From assembly GCA_951406725.2 (NCBI GenBank), contig OX597829.1, forward strand, positions 33,294,001 through 33,358,000: a DNA stretch of 64,000 nucleotides. The letters are read 5' to 3'. The notes beneath the pieces are model-generated. The model saw only the letters and a list, made by a program, of their open reading frames with translations. It was not told the DNA's origin and did not search any database. This DNA is from Octopus vulgaris (lineage: Eukaryota). A program made the translations under genes and the position numbers. Of this stretch, positions 42,467-56,463 are shown one piece after another (positions within the stretch are counted from its first letter, which is position 1; every line of letters begins with the position of its first letter).

Positions 42467-43721
42467 TTGGGTCATGCCATAAATAAGGTGTTTTTTTTAA
42501 TTGCATGAACCAAAAGTTGGAGTGGGGTGGGATAAAGTACCTGCATCAACTTGCTATAAAAGCAGGTAGTAATTTCACCTTGTCCTTACTTTTAGTGCAA
42601 GTCTTGAAGAGTGCAGTTTGATTTTAACAGTTATTTCTTCAAAGCTATAATGGAAGTGACAAAGGAACATATTCAGCATATTTTAATTTCTGTATCCAAT
42701 GAAGGCAACAACACAACAGAAAGTGTGAGGAATATTAATGCAGTATACGGGGATGGGACAATAAGTGTAAGCCAGTGTCAACGGTGGTTCCAAAAATTCT
42801 GTGTCAGAAACAACAGCTCAGAAGGCAAACCTTATCCTGGAAGATCTGCAGAGCTTGATGAGAACATCCTGCAAACCCAGGTGGAACAAAATCCCATTGC
42901 AACTGTTGAAGAACTGGCAGAGATGCTTGGATTTGGTCATTCAACCATTTGTCAATACCAGCATAACATTAGAAAAGTCAGCAAATTGGGTCAATGGGTT
43001 CCTCACAAACTTTCCAAGTCTAATCATGTGCAGAGAGTGAATGATTGCTCTTCTTTGTTGTCACGTATCATGAACCTTTTTTGGACTGAATAGTGACTGG
43101 TAATGAGAAATAGTTTCTCTATAAAAATGTCAAGTCCTGAAGACAGTGGGTAGGGAAAGGAGAAACACTGGCACCCCAGGCTAAAGAAGGTCTTCAATAA
43201 TGTAAGGTGTTATCTGTTTGGTGGGATATGAAAGGTTTAGTTTACTTTGAACTTTTAAACCCAAACCAAACGATAACAAAGGAGATGAGCAGCTTAAGTC
43301 AGCTCTAGAAGAAAAATTACTGTCTTTGGTTTCAAGACGAAAGATGTTCTTTCATCAGGATAATGCTTGGCTACATACAATGAGGATGACATTCCAAAGC
43401 TTGAAGCACTTTGAATGGGAAACAATGCCCCATCCACCATATTCATCGGACATTGCCCCAACTGATTATCATTTATTCCGCAATCTTCAAAATCATTTAG
43501 ATGGAAAAAATATGAATTCTGTAGATGAGGTCAGAACAGTACTGGAGGAGTATTCTTCATCAATGACAAGTGAATTTTGGAAGAGGGGCCTTGCATTGTC
43601 TACCAGAGCATTGTAGAAAATGAAGGAGAGTATATTTCAGATTAAAAATAAACTTTGTCTATATTAATTTTGAAAAATAAAAGAAGTATAAAAAAACTGC
43701 ATTATTTATAGGATGACCCAA
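42467..43721 (+). mobile_element. Full-length defective mariner, same family as 5649-6875
   Basis: TIRs TTGGGTCATGCCATAAATAA ... TTATTTATAGGATGACCCAA; WVPHKL, HQDNA, HPPYSSDIAPTDYHLF. Confidence 0.92.
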
Positions 43722-44319
43722 TGTGTGTGTGTGTATGTGTAGGTGTGTGTTTGTGTATGTATATATGTATGTGTGTGCCATGTTTGTGTTTTAAATGTAC
43801 ATATGTATACATGTATAAACTCTTGTATGTATTCACATATGCAAGGATATATGTATCAGAGATGAATCCAGCTTCTAAAGTTAGTGGGGAGATAAAAATA
43901 GGTGCTGTGACACGCATCAAACAATTTTTAACTAATTTCTCTTATATTACATGATATATTTCATTAGTTACAATGTACATAATTGTATTCAACATTCATT
44001 AATTTCATGTTTCAGTAACAATGTCATTATGTATGAAATTTACAACTACTGAAGCGTTAAAAATTTTTTGGAAAGTGCCAATTGTGAAAAATGTGCTGAG
44101 GTTAGGGAGCATCCACTCCTCTTGCTCCCCTTTTAGCTATGCCACTGATATGTATGTATGTATACACACACATACATATTTAGCCAATATTGTGTGCTTA
44201 GATGAGGTGCAGTTCAGTTTGTACCAGGAATAAGAACTGATGCCATCTTTCTATTGACACAACTGCAAAAGTACTTAGCTATGAATAATTCCTATTTCTA
44301 GCATTCATCAAATTGCATT

Positions 44320-44670
44320 AGGCCTTTGACTTGTTTTTATTGTCTGTAATCTTGTGGTTGCTAAGGAAATCAGAAGTAGATGAAATGTTTGTGAGGACCA
44401 TAGAAGCCAAGTACTGAAACACAGCTAGCAAACTGTGAGGTAGCCAAAGGTTCAGTGATAAATTTACTGTGCATATAGGAATCAATCCGAACTCAGTTCT
44501 CAACCCCTTCTATTTATAATTGTCCAACAGACTATAACAGAGGAATTTAAGATCTGTTATATGTAAGAAATCCTGTATACAAAGTTGAATCTGCTGTAGA
44601 TGTAGAATAGAAATTCCAAACTTAAAAGCAAAATCAAGAATCAAGTGGCCTCAAAGTAAACTTTAGATAG
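44320..44670 (+). mobile_element. Degenerate RTE RT fragment
   Basis: SVLNPFLFIIVQQTITEEFK resembles the QGSVLSPLLF RT motif. Confidence 0.55.
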
Positions 44671-45204
44671 GTAGAAGTTCTATATGAAGTAGCCAGTGTA
44701 AACTACAGATATGAATTTTGTTATCATGATCATCAATGCATGCATGCAAAGAGTACCAAAACAACATAATGTGAACAAAATCGCCAACCTGACACATGAT
44801 GGATAGATTATGTTTTTCAGTGAAACAACAAACAAAATAACAGAAGACAGAAGAAATTGTTGGTTTGAAAGCTCAAAAACAAGCAATGAGTCTACAATCA
44901 GAAACAGAGATATGCCGTGTACAAAGGTGATTAGCTAGAACAGGTATGCTTATAACCCAGACGATATTGTTAAAGCTGAACAATACATAGAACTGGATGA
45001 GACAGTCAAAATACAATAGAACAAAAACCTTTAAGACAAAAAGAGAACTACTTGAAGTTGACCTCAAGAACAATAAGTCACAAGCTGTTTGAGTTAGTCT
45101 GTGAAATAGAGGGAAGAACAAAAACTATACAGAGTTACCAAAGGTAAAGGTAACAGCACATGTACAAACATAGCAGAGGCATCTCAATATCAGAAAAATA
45201 ATTT

Positions 45205-45630
45205 TGAACAAGTGGCATGTAAAAAATCAACCTTTGAATGTTGAGCCTCGTGGAAGTGAGGTGGCTGAGTTCCCTTTGAGCATTAGGCCTCATGGAGGCA
45301 ATGCGGCTGAGTTCCTTTCGAGTGTTGGACTTCACAGAGGCAATGACCAAGATCTTTGGCATTATATCATACTTGTGAAGACTCATCAAGCCAAGCAAAA
45401 TCACAGTCGTGGCAGATACTAGTGTCATGCAAATGGCACCTATGCCAGTGGCACGTAAAAGCACCCATTGTATTCTTAGAGTGGTTGGTGTTAGGAAGGG
45501 CATCCAGCCATAGAAAGCTATGTCAAATCAGACTGGAGCTTGGCGCAGCCTTCCAGCATGCCAGTCCAGTCAAACCGTCCAAACCCATGCCAGTATGGAC
45601 AATGGATGTTAAATGATGATGATGATGATC
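45205..45630 (+). mobile_element. LINE 3' UTR with short internal tandem repeats and (GAT)n tail
   Basis: GTGGCACGTAAAAGCACCC..GGAAGGGCATCCAG..GATGATGAT. Confidence 0.7.
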
Positions 45631-48039
45631 TTAACATTAAATTCCATCACAACCCAGAACCAGTATCAGAAAGCCTTGATGGTTTATTTGATGAGCTAAT
45701 GCAGAAATAACAAAAGGAAAAAAAAAATAGAAAAGATAATAGCCACCTATATAGCACACTTAATACACACACACAGTTGTTGCTGTGTTTGTCCTGAAAT
45801 AGCATCTCTTATGGACTTGCCGTGTTAAAAACATTGCAGTGACAACAGTGCCAAACACATTTTAGCCTTTTTAATAGCATGTATTCACAACAAGCTACAG
45901 ACTTGTGAATTTGTCATCTCTGACATTGGAAAAAGTGAATGAAATATTCACTGATGTTGTCAATAACCTCCTGGCTTATCAAAAATCCAGTATATGCAGT
46001 TGAAGCAGTATTTAATTGAAATAGCCATCTGTATAGCATACTTAATACACACACATTGCCGATAGGCTAGTTACAGCGGTATTTGTCCTGAGCGAGCATC
46101 TCTTATGGACAGTAAAACTGCAAAGCCCCTGGTATAGATATCATCAGTGCTGAAGTTTGTAAACCAGAAGGGTACATGATTAATATTCAATATAGTATGA
46201 AGAACAGAAATATTGGATTTGTGTGCTGCTAACACCAAAGGGTGACAGACAAAACCTCAAAAACCAACAGGCTGACTTCACACTTATTTATACTAGGAAA
46301 AGTACTCAGTAGACTCTTTCTCAACATTATAAAAAATAAAAAAAACAAGAGACCTAGTTTGATTTTAGACCTTGAAGAGGCAGAGGCAATGGAATTTTTC
46401 TTGCAAAACAAATAATTCGAAAAAGCAAAAGAACAAGTGTTTTAACAGTTTAACTTCATCAACTGAAAGCTACCTGCAACACAATCTGGCAGAAGATTCT
46501 ATAGATGATGATAATACAGACTCAAAGGTATTGGAAACCAAGCGTGCTGTACACTAGAAAGTCAAGAAATGGATTGATTTAAAGTATGTGTGACTCTTGA
46601 AGCAAAGTTTAAAGTATTTTCCACCATTTTCAACATCTATCTAGTTTGTCATGAAAGGATTGGAAGACTTGATGAAAGCCTATCACTTATTGGTATAATC
46701 TCCATAAGTATTGGATAAGCTAATGACACAACCATAACATCTCTAATCTTTAATAATGCGAAAATATTCATTAAAGAGGCATGTGTACAAAGCAGATAAG
46801 AAATTAAATGGCACAAAATGCAAGATACTATCATCCAGCAAGGAAATTATTACATGAGATAGTTCCAAAGCAGACTATATGTCGCAAAAGGATCAGAAGA
46901 TATGAAAAGAAGGGTTTCACCTCCCTGGGGTAAAATTTTATATAGATACTGGAATCAAATATCGAAGTTGTGTGTGCATGTGCGCGTACGTTTTAAATGC
47001 ATCTGGGCAATATTTTTAGCCTTTATCTCCTATTTAAATGTCATATTATGAAAAATTGTTTGTTGCCACAAACAGAACAATAACAGCGATAAATGGTAAT
47101 AATACTTCGAAATGTGCATCAGTAAATAAATAAAAAGAACATATCTCACTAACACATGCAAATTTTAAACCTTAGACTAAAGTATAATTTAAATGCTATT
47201 GTCAAATTTTGGAGGTATTTCCATTCATGCAATAAAACCAGTCATTGCATCTGTAGCTTAAATATAAGCATACACACATGTTCAAACGTTGTTAATTTTA
47301 GCTATGAGAGTTATCTGTTAATCACAAAGTCTACTCCTATGTTGAAAAAGCTATTTATAAACTCGTACATGGCTAAAGAAACCATATATGTGTGAGTGAA
47401 CACATAAAAATACAACTATATCTTGGGATCAACTAGTAGTTACGGGGATATACGAAGCACAATAATAGGACGGTGCTGTGATATGTAGTTATGCACGTCA
47501 AACTGTTACCCAGAAATAAATTACACTATATTATGCGTGCGTACATAAAAATAGCAAAGGTGTTGAATCGTAAGCAAGGGGACGTTGAAATTGTGTTAAT
47601 AAAAGTAGTAACAGTTAAAAAAAAGTTTAAGAAGCACAGCAATTAGGAGACTAAAAACACGATTAGAAATAGGGAGGATAATTAGCGATTCGAAAATCTT
47701 ATTTTCCTAATCGTAACTTATGCTTTGGAAACGTAAACTCTAAAATTTGAAGATAAACATTAGAAGTTTTTGAAAAGCGATGTTTACAGTCTATACTTGG
47801 ATAAACATAACAAGGTATGCAGAAAATTACTTCGCACACGAAAATCATTACATAAGAGCACTCAATCGGTGCTGCCTTAAAAGCATAACCAGGCAGTTGC
47901 CAAAGCTCCTCCACCCAACCATGATTTTAGGGATCCAATGATTATTTATATAAGCAGCGGTTGTGTATGTAGTAACATCCTCTGTGCATTGTTTAACCTA
48001 GGGGGTTTGTTAATCAGTCGGCTTAGCACCTATTAACTT

Positions 48040-48260
48040 CGTAGCGTTGTTCTATTATGTTTCCCCGAACTGCAGAACCACGTGGTTAACCACCGAACTC
48101 AACGTTTCAATTCCGGAAAGACAGGTTTGCCACGTGCAACAGCAGAACATTACTTTAAAGCTGTTGACATACTCAGTCGGTACACATCCATTCATTCGTC
48201 TACACATGTATACGTGTGTATGTCCATAGTGGTATACCCTCGCGCTCGCACACGCATATA
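48040..48260. promoter_or_regulatory. Candidate promoter in a CpG-retaining island
   Basis: Two CACGTG E-boxes (48080, 48131) flank TTCCGGAA (48111); CpG-rich from 47.0 to 49.5 kb. Confidence 0.4.
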
Positions 48261-49263
48261 TATCATACGTATATGAAACTTCGAATGATTGTGTTTATGA
48301 AATTAAAGATATATGGTTGTTTTGAAAAGTAAAGAAAAGAAAAGAAGTTAATGTTTTAAGCGGTCAATAGCTTCCCCTGGCCATGCATAAAAAAATATGA
48401 AATTGAAAGTATAATAAAAATTTTAAAATTCCAGTTTATGCTCACTACAGATCAAACGTTTTCTCTAACTACAGATCAAACGTATTCTCTATCTGAATTG
48501 TAGGCTGGACATTAACTAGGATTTAAGAAAAATCAAAAAAATCGCGCCTCCAATAGTTGGCCATATCAATAAATCAAATAGTTCTTCTTTTGTGTAAGTT
48601 ATTGAATTGTTAAAAAAAAAAGTATAAACTTCTTTTCCTTCTGAATAAAAAGTAACTGGTTTTGTTAAAGAGTAACATAATTTAATCTACCCTCTCGAAA
48701 ATATACATACGTTATAAAGAAAGTTACATGGAAACAAATTTTAAGTAGCTATGCCCACCTTCGAGAAACACGTTACGTAAGAGCGCCTAACAACAAAATT
48801 ATAGCGTAAGGGACACGACTTTGGATATGCCAAAAAAACAGATGTCATCTCTTAAATGTCACATCTCTACGTCGTCGTTCGACTACCTAGAAATAGCAGC
48901 TAAGTACTCTTCGCTGCACATCTTTAAAAAAAAGAAGGAAAATATAATGATGAAGTAATCTAGAGCACGCTCTTACTGAGAAACAAATTAGTGGATGGTT
49001 CCAACTCGAATATCTTTCATTATATAATAAACTAAACTTATATAATCTAAAAAAACTTCACTCTATTAAGTAATTCTAGTTTCTTCTCATATATAAATAT
49101 ATATATATATATATTTATGACAATTATTCGGTAGCCTTGATAAAACACCGAGTTTCGGATGTCGGGGCGGAATAATTGTAACATATTGTATTTACAGCTA
49201 TATCCCTCTAGTTACATAATATCGAGGTCTCTTTCATTCTTTTGTTGTTTTCCATTTCTATCA

Positions 49264-49317
<54 letters not shown>

Positions 49318-49350
49318 CTAGCAGAGATACCCGGCGTTGCTCGGGTTTAA
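49318..49350 (-). mobile_element. Orphan Helitron 3' terminus
   Basis: Minus strand CCCGAGCAACGCCGGG-TATCTCTG-CTAG|T, near identical to 26523-26550. Confidence 0.7.
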
Positions 49351-49356
49351 AATGGC

Positions 49357-49565
49357 ATAGTTTTTTTATTCTTTTACTTGTTTCGGTCATGTGATTGCAG
49401 ACATTCTGGAGCGCCCCTTTAGTCGAAGAAATCGACCCCACGATTTATTCTTTGTAAGCCTATTACTTATTCTATAGGAGTGTTTTGCCAAAGGGCTAAG
49501 TTATGGGGATGTAAACACAGCAACATCGGTTGTCAAGCGATGGTGGGGGTACAAACATAAGCACA
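49357..49565 (-). mobile_element. SINE family A, 3' half
   Basis: Reverse-complement homology to ~10105-10298. Confidence 0.75.
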
Positions 49566-49688
49566 TGCACACACACATATACATATATGTACATATATAT
49601 ATACATACACATACATATATATATACATATATAAATATATATATATACATCTATCTATCTATCTATATCTATATACATATATACATAC

Positions 49689-49737
<49 letters not shown>

Positions 49738-50169
49738 CATACATGCATATATATATATAAATATATATATACACAGACACACACACATATATATAATTAT
49801 ATATATACATGTATATATATATATATATATGTATGTATATGTATATGTATATATATACACATGTGTATATATAATTTTATATATATATATGTTATATATA
49901 TGTATGTATATATGTTTGTATGTATATATAGTAAGAATTTACAAAAATAAACAAAAGACAAAAACGGGTGTGTAAACAACAAACAAATGTATTAGTTTAA
50001 TGCTTGGGAAGTGAGAAAGTGTTTTACATTTTGAGCCTATGCACTTTGACAGAAAGGAACACAGAAATAAACAGGGAGAGAAAATAGAAAAATGGTTTAG
50101 TGGCTAGTGATATACATGCATATAAATATACATGTATTTAAACATATATATGCAGGCACTGAATAACAT

Positions 50170-51238
50170 CTCCCTTCCCAGCTTTTAGAGTTGGCATTGT
50201 TAATGTAGTCACACTGAAAAGTAGGCCTAGTGAGATTGTAGACATACTTGAATGGAGACATGTTGATGTATGCTGCATACAAGAGGTAAGGTGGAGAGAA
50301 GCTTCAGCCAAGGTCCTCACAGACAAGGCACATAGGTATAAAATCTTCTAGGAAGGTAACAGTGATGGAGTAGGGGGGTGTAGGCATACTCCTTGTGGAG
50401 AAATGGGTGGATAAGGTCATAGAGGCAGTCAGGGTATGCGATAGAGTGCTTAAGACCAGGCTAGTTCTGCAGAATAGTATAGCTACAATTATCTCTGCCT
50501 ACACCCCACGGGCCTACCAAAATATCAGAAAGACCACTTTTATGATACCCTTCTATGGGCTACCTCAAAGATGAGTGGCAATGACCTCATCTTTGCAGCT
50601 GGAGATTTTAATGGTCATGTAGGACGGCAATCCAGTAACTTCCATAGTGTTCACAGGGGCCATGGAATTGGTTCCCGAAACGAAGAGGGAACTAGGCCAC
50701 TGGAGTTCTGTGATGCATGCAACCTATTAATCTGTAACACTAACTTCAAGAAGCCAGACAGCCACCTGATAACCTATCAAACAGGTGACTCTGCTAGCCA
50801 GATTGATTTCATCCTAACCAGACAGCGGGATGCAAGGTTGCTCTTAAATACAAAGATCCTCCCTGGTGAAGAATGTACCCCTCAGCATAGACTAGTTATT
50901 AGTGACTTGAGACTCAAGGCCGGATGGATGCCAAGAAGCAGACCAATCAAGAAAAGAAGGCTTTAGAAGCTAAAGAACCCTTCACATGGTCAGAGATTGA
51001 GAAATTTCATGAAAGGGAAGAGCTACAGACTTTGGACATAGAAGGTAACTGGAAATTTCTACAGGACAGCTTACTGAGTGCTACAGACCAAATCTGCAGC
51101 TGGTGCAAAGTCCCTTCCAGACCTAGAGTAATGTGGTGGTGGAATAATCCTGTAGGCAGGGCCATTAGAGCAAAGAAATAGGCCTGGAAAGCCTGGAAGA
51201 ATGGGGTGTAGCAGGGAACTGTACGAGATAGCCAGAAG
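50170..51238 (+). mobile_element. RTE-like LINE APE endonuclease region
   Basis: CIQEVRW, AGDFNGHVG, ICNTNFKK, SQIDFILTR, EECTPQHRLV, WWWN. Confidence 0.9.
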
Positions 51239-51959
51239 TTTGTTTGTCTGTGTTTGTCCTCCCACCATTGCTTGATAACCAATGTTGGTGTGTTTACACC
51301 CCTGTAACTTAGAAGTTCAGCAAAAGTGACCGATAGAATAATTATTAGGCTTGCAAAGAATAAATCTTGGGGCTGATTTTTGGCCACAATCAAATGACTG
51401 AAAGACATAAAAGAATAAAAGAATAGACAAAATGAAAATATATGTTAGATCCTGTTGGCATATCTGTCTGTATGTATGTGTTTGTGTCTCTGTATGAGCA
51501 AATAAAAACAAACACGTATACTCACGTGTGTGTTCATGTGCTAAAAATAGCAGCCAATTACATAAATTACATCCTGTTGTCTTAAAATAGTAGACTTAGA
51601 TACTGCCGCTGCCACCGCCACCACCACCATGACGACGACATATTGAATCAACAAAGAAGCATCAATTCTTCTTTGCTGATTAGAAATAGCAGTTAGATAT
51701 TCCGAACTTACGCTGACCTGTATGTTGTAATTCCTAGATAGAATGGTAGAATGGATGCATATAAAAATAGTTTTAAAAAATCAACCAACCAACCAACCAA
51801 CCAATTAAAAACAAGGGTTATAGTTGTGAATTTGATCACAGAACTGTTGGTAAAGGGCTGGTATGCAACTAAACAACTATCATATTGTATATAGTATACC
51901 CCCCCACACACACACATACATCATATATGAAAGAAATTATTGTATACAGTGCTCAGGTT

Positions 51960-52720
51960 TACTACAACTAATTTTAAAAAGCCATCAGGTGGCAGATTTC
52001 AGGAAGCATGGAAGTCTTGAAGAATGAAGTGTCTCAACAGCTAACAACTGATGTGGGTTGTTTATTCTACATTTCAACAATTGTGAGCATGAAAAAATGT
52101 TTCCAAAAGTCATGGATGCTGTGCTGTTTTTTGATCTTGTGAGCATGTCCACAAGTGTTTGATATATGGAATTCAAAAAGGTGTCCAAAGTTGTTGTTGG
52201 GAAGATGGTGGATAATCTTGTGGGTGTCTACAAAGTCAGTTGCCAGACGTCTGAGCTTCAATGTGTCCATGCCCAGAGAAGCAAGATGTTCAGAGTATGG
52301 TAGATGTCTGATGGCAGGTATTCGCTTTGTTGCATGTTTCTAAACAGGAGATTTATATGCTGAGAAAGATAGGAGTTCCAGACTGGTGATACAAATTCTA
52401 AGTGTAGATGTACCATTGTCATATACAGTTTTAAATAGATAACTGGAGAGCGGCTGACAAAGGTCTTACTGAGTGATGCTAGCCTTCTTGACAATCTTAG
52501 AGATATGGTTTGTCCAACACAGATTGCTGTTTACTATAATACCCAGATCACATTCACTAGAAAACTTTTTGAGATTGGTGTTGCTGAGGGAGTATGTAAA
52601 GGCTGTATGTATTTTTATTACATACAGAAGAAGGGACTTTGCAAACCTTCTGAGATGTGTGAAACTGATGCCGTTAATATTCATTTAAACAGTTACATGT
52701 TGACCTCTGCAGGGATGAGA
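51960..52720 (-). mobile_element. CR1-like LINE RT C-terminal fragment
   Basis: ECDLGIIVNSNLCWTNHI, LYMTMVHLHLEFVSPVWN, LKLRRL..D, GHAHKI..FF. Confidence 0.8.
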
Positions 52721-53439
52721 TTTTGAAAGGATGATGTTTTGTGGGAGGAAGAACTGGATATAGTGAGGTTTGTGTGGATCCTGGGAGAGAAGAAGGAAGG
52801 TTAATTGGACCAGGAATGGCTAAGCTGAGAAGGTACAAGACCGGCAAGCTCTGAAGAACAGAAGGAGCCATTACAATAATAATAGAAAAGACAGATACAA
52901 ACACTATCTTCTATGAATATCTTCCTATTAATCGACTGCACCTTGTGTGTCCATAGCTTACATTGGGCACACTGTATGGACTGTATGGAATTCCTGCCTT
53001 CACCTTTCCTACAAATTGAAAGGGCCACCTACCTGAAGTGGCTCCTGTCTGTTTTCTTGATTACAAGGACTTTTAGTCTTTGCTAAGTTGACACTGAGTT
53101 GACACAGAGAGCAATTTCTGTTAGAACTAGCCATAGCAATAAGGTCAAAGTAAAGAACCCAGATTGAACACAACCAACATCCCTTCAGACCCTTATGTTT
53201 ACTCTGGTAGATTCTGTGAGAGCGGGCAGCATCCTGCTGTCAGAGGTCTCACAGGTTCTTTTTCTGGACATTATAAACTTTGATACTTGGTTGATAATTA
53301 TTGTGGGAGACATTTAACATCCAAGTACCAATCTCAAAATCCTATCTATCCCCAGCAGAGCAGTTTTGGGGGCTTGTTCTGCTCTTATGTCAATTCTGAT
53401 TTCTCTGACATATTTCTTGAATTTGGTTGTTATATATAC

Positions 53440-54600
53440 ATATGACATGTCCCAAAATTAAGGCAACCAACTTTTTCCAATTTTGCCAAAGTAAAATATT
53501 GTTATATTTTGGGTCCAAGTATTGGAATGCAATGGTGAAGGAAACACAATTTTGACACTCCCACATTTATTTGATATGACCACCTCTGTTTCGAATCACA
53601 GCCTTAAGTCTAGGTGCGAATGCTGTACATGCAGCACACAACTGTTCTTGTAGAAACAAAGCCCATTGCTGGTACAGTTTTGCCTTCGGAGCATCAGACA
53701 AAGCATGAGGAGTGCTCAAGACCCTCATCTTCAAACTGGAAGAAACAGAAAAATCTAGTGGGCTGAGATCGGGGCTTCTTGAGAGCAATACATTATTGCC
53801 TATGAATGATGGGATGTTTTTCTGAATCCAGTGTTGTGTCTGTTTAGATCTATGGAATGGTGCTGAGTCCTGTTGGAGGCTCCAAGGTGTCCCTTGAAAG
53901 TGCTCATTCACCTGTGGAAGCAGTTCAGCTTCCAGAATGCCCATGGGCATATGGCATAGTGATTAAGAGCACAGGATACAAACCCCAAGATTCCACCACC
54001 ACCGCCATGAGGTGAGACCTTCCAGTGGCTGTCACAGCAGCCCAAACCATAACTGACTGTGGATTTTGAAATCAATTTATGAGTCTACCCTCGATGGAAT
54101 CAGATACACTTCAAAGCTGGTCCATTCTGGTGGATTGCTGTCTGTTCAATGTCAAATTTCTTTTCATCAGTGAACACCAGGTTGGGTAGTGTGCCTTCAG
54201 CAATCTGACACATAAGACAATTTCTCCCCAATCTCATGGCCTTATAAACTTATGTGAGTTCATGATAGTGGATCATCTTGTAAGGGTGGGTCCAGAAATC
54301 CTCCTTCAGCACTCGATACATTGATGTTTGGCTTATTTTTGCTGTGGTAGCCAGTTCTCTGATGGAATGATGAGGATTTTGCCGTAATTTTTCTCTAGCA
54401 CTTTTGCTAAGTTGAGGGGTCCACACACTTTTTTTCTGTCCGTGTCCAGGTTGATCAGTGGTGGAACCAGTCTCTTGAAATTTCTTGACAATTTTCTGGA
54501 TTATTGTTTGGTTAATTTTAAGCTATTTTACAAAAGCTGAATTACTTTCATTTCCTTTTTGGTGTTATGATTGTATTTTGGTCTATAGCCATTATCTAAT
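53440..54600 (-). mobile_element. maT/Bmmar1-type (DD37D) Tc1-mariner relic
   Basis: VFTDEK..QQDSAP..SPDLSPLD with 37 residues between the second and third Asp; ends RGGHIK. Confidence 0.82.
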
Positions 54601-54601
54601 T

Positions 54602-54659
<58 letters not shown>

Positions 54660-54845
54660 AATGCATACACATCCACACACAGAAAACCAAAAAGGAGAAA
54701 GTTGATTTGAAGTCTACAGATACAATCCATCAATGGAACAGCCAAAATATGAAAAACTTTCCAAGAGTTTATTATTGAAGAGATATGCACATGTTTAGGC
54801 ATGCAATTATGATCTGCATATGCACTGACTCCAAGTACTTGTACA

Positions 54846-55280
54846 GGCGCAGGAGTGGCTGTGAGGTAAGTAGCTTGCTAACCAACCACATGGTTCCGGG
54901 TTCAGTCCCACTGCGTGGCATCTTGGGCAAGTGTCTTCTGCTATAGCCCCGGGCTGACCAACGGAAACTGAAAGAAGTCTGTCGCATATTTTTTATTTTT
55001 TTTTTATTTCATCTAGTTTCAGCTCACAAGCTGTGGCCATGCTGGGGCACATATATATGCGTGTATGTGTTTGTCTGTCTGTGTTTGTCCCCCTAGCATT
55101 GCTTGACAACCGATGCTGGTGTGTTTACGTCCCCGTCACTTAGCGGTTCGGCAAAAGAGACCGATAGAATAAGTACTGGGCTTACAAAGAATGAGTCCCG
55201 GGGTCGATTTGTTCGACTAAAGGCGGTGCTACAGCATGGCCACAGTCAAATGACTGAAACAAATAAAAGAGTAAAAGAGT
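54846..55280 (+). mobile_element. SINE family A, full-length young copy with a small internal deletion and insertion
   Basis: Near identity to 9899-10298. Confidence 0.85.
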
Positions 55281-56463
55281 ATTTATGTACAATGACCCTG
55301 TTGATGTTTAAAATTCCAATGAAGGAGCCTTGGATCTAGGATAGAAACTGACTTTTTCTCAATTGGCAAGAAATCTGGAAAGGAAAATACGAGGATAAGT
55401 CAGAAAGTAATGCAATAACATACAACCATGATTACTCTGTGTGATGTTGTCTAAATTCCAATGGAAATGTCTTCTTGATAGGCTAGAGACACCTCTTTCT
55501 ACATTGGTGAAAAACAGGAAAGCAAATTTATACATACACTTGTTTTCTTTTTTACAGGTAAAGAGGAAATTGTAACAAGAATGAATAACTCAAGATTCTG
55601 AAATTTTGTTTTTGATGTTTATTTGAAGATAATTTAAAGATTTTTTTTCATCATTTACAGATGTAAATATTAGTTACTTGATGTGAATCTTTAAAAGTTC
55701 TCTCAAAGTGTAAGCAAGTGAAACAGAATCTGGCACAACAGTGCGTGGCTTTGGAGAGACAGCTTAAATTATATATATAAAATAATTACAACATAATCAC
55801 ATATTTCCCAAGAAAAAATATATCACACATACACAAAAAATTCATGGGTGTGTGCATATAAATATATATATATATATATATGTATGTATATATGTAAATA
55901 TATACATACATATGCACACACGTACACACACACACACACATTCATTACATATATATATTATTATTTATTTTTTATTATTTACATTGAAATCTTAGCAGTG
56001 TTAATTCACAATTTGATTCATGTCACCTGGCAAGCAATAAAAACAGGGGGATTGAGTTCTGTTAGTGCTAATAATGTCTTAAATCATTATCTCCACAACG
56101 TCATTGTACATTTTCATTATATTTCTGTCACAGGATAGATGACTGATACAGTAAACCTAACTCTACCCCACACTTCTTGAATTTGTGCTTATAAAAAAAA
56201 AAGAAAGAAAAAGTCAAATAGCAGTTAATTTTTAAAAGAGGATTTGTTTTAATTTCCAATTTAAAAGCATTTTTCCTAAAAATAATCTCACATATCTTCT
56301 ATCTCACATAGGCACAAGGCCACATATATTCGGGGAGATTGTGCAGTCAATTTGATTGACCTTGAAACATGACTGATATTTTATTTCATCACCCACACCC
56401 TCATCTGAAAAGATGAAAGGCAAAATCAACCACAAATAGAGTTTAAAAAAACAAAAACTTAAT

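Noticed and set aside
42611-43616. SETMAR-like domesticated transposase
   Set aside because: Multiple stops and frameshifts, intact TIRs, no SET domain
49565-49982. YI-, CV-, HT-, RE- and SL-repeat ORFs here and at 32397, 39058, 58420 and elsewhere
   Set aside because: Translations of dinucleotide microsatellites
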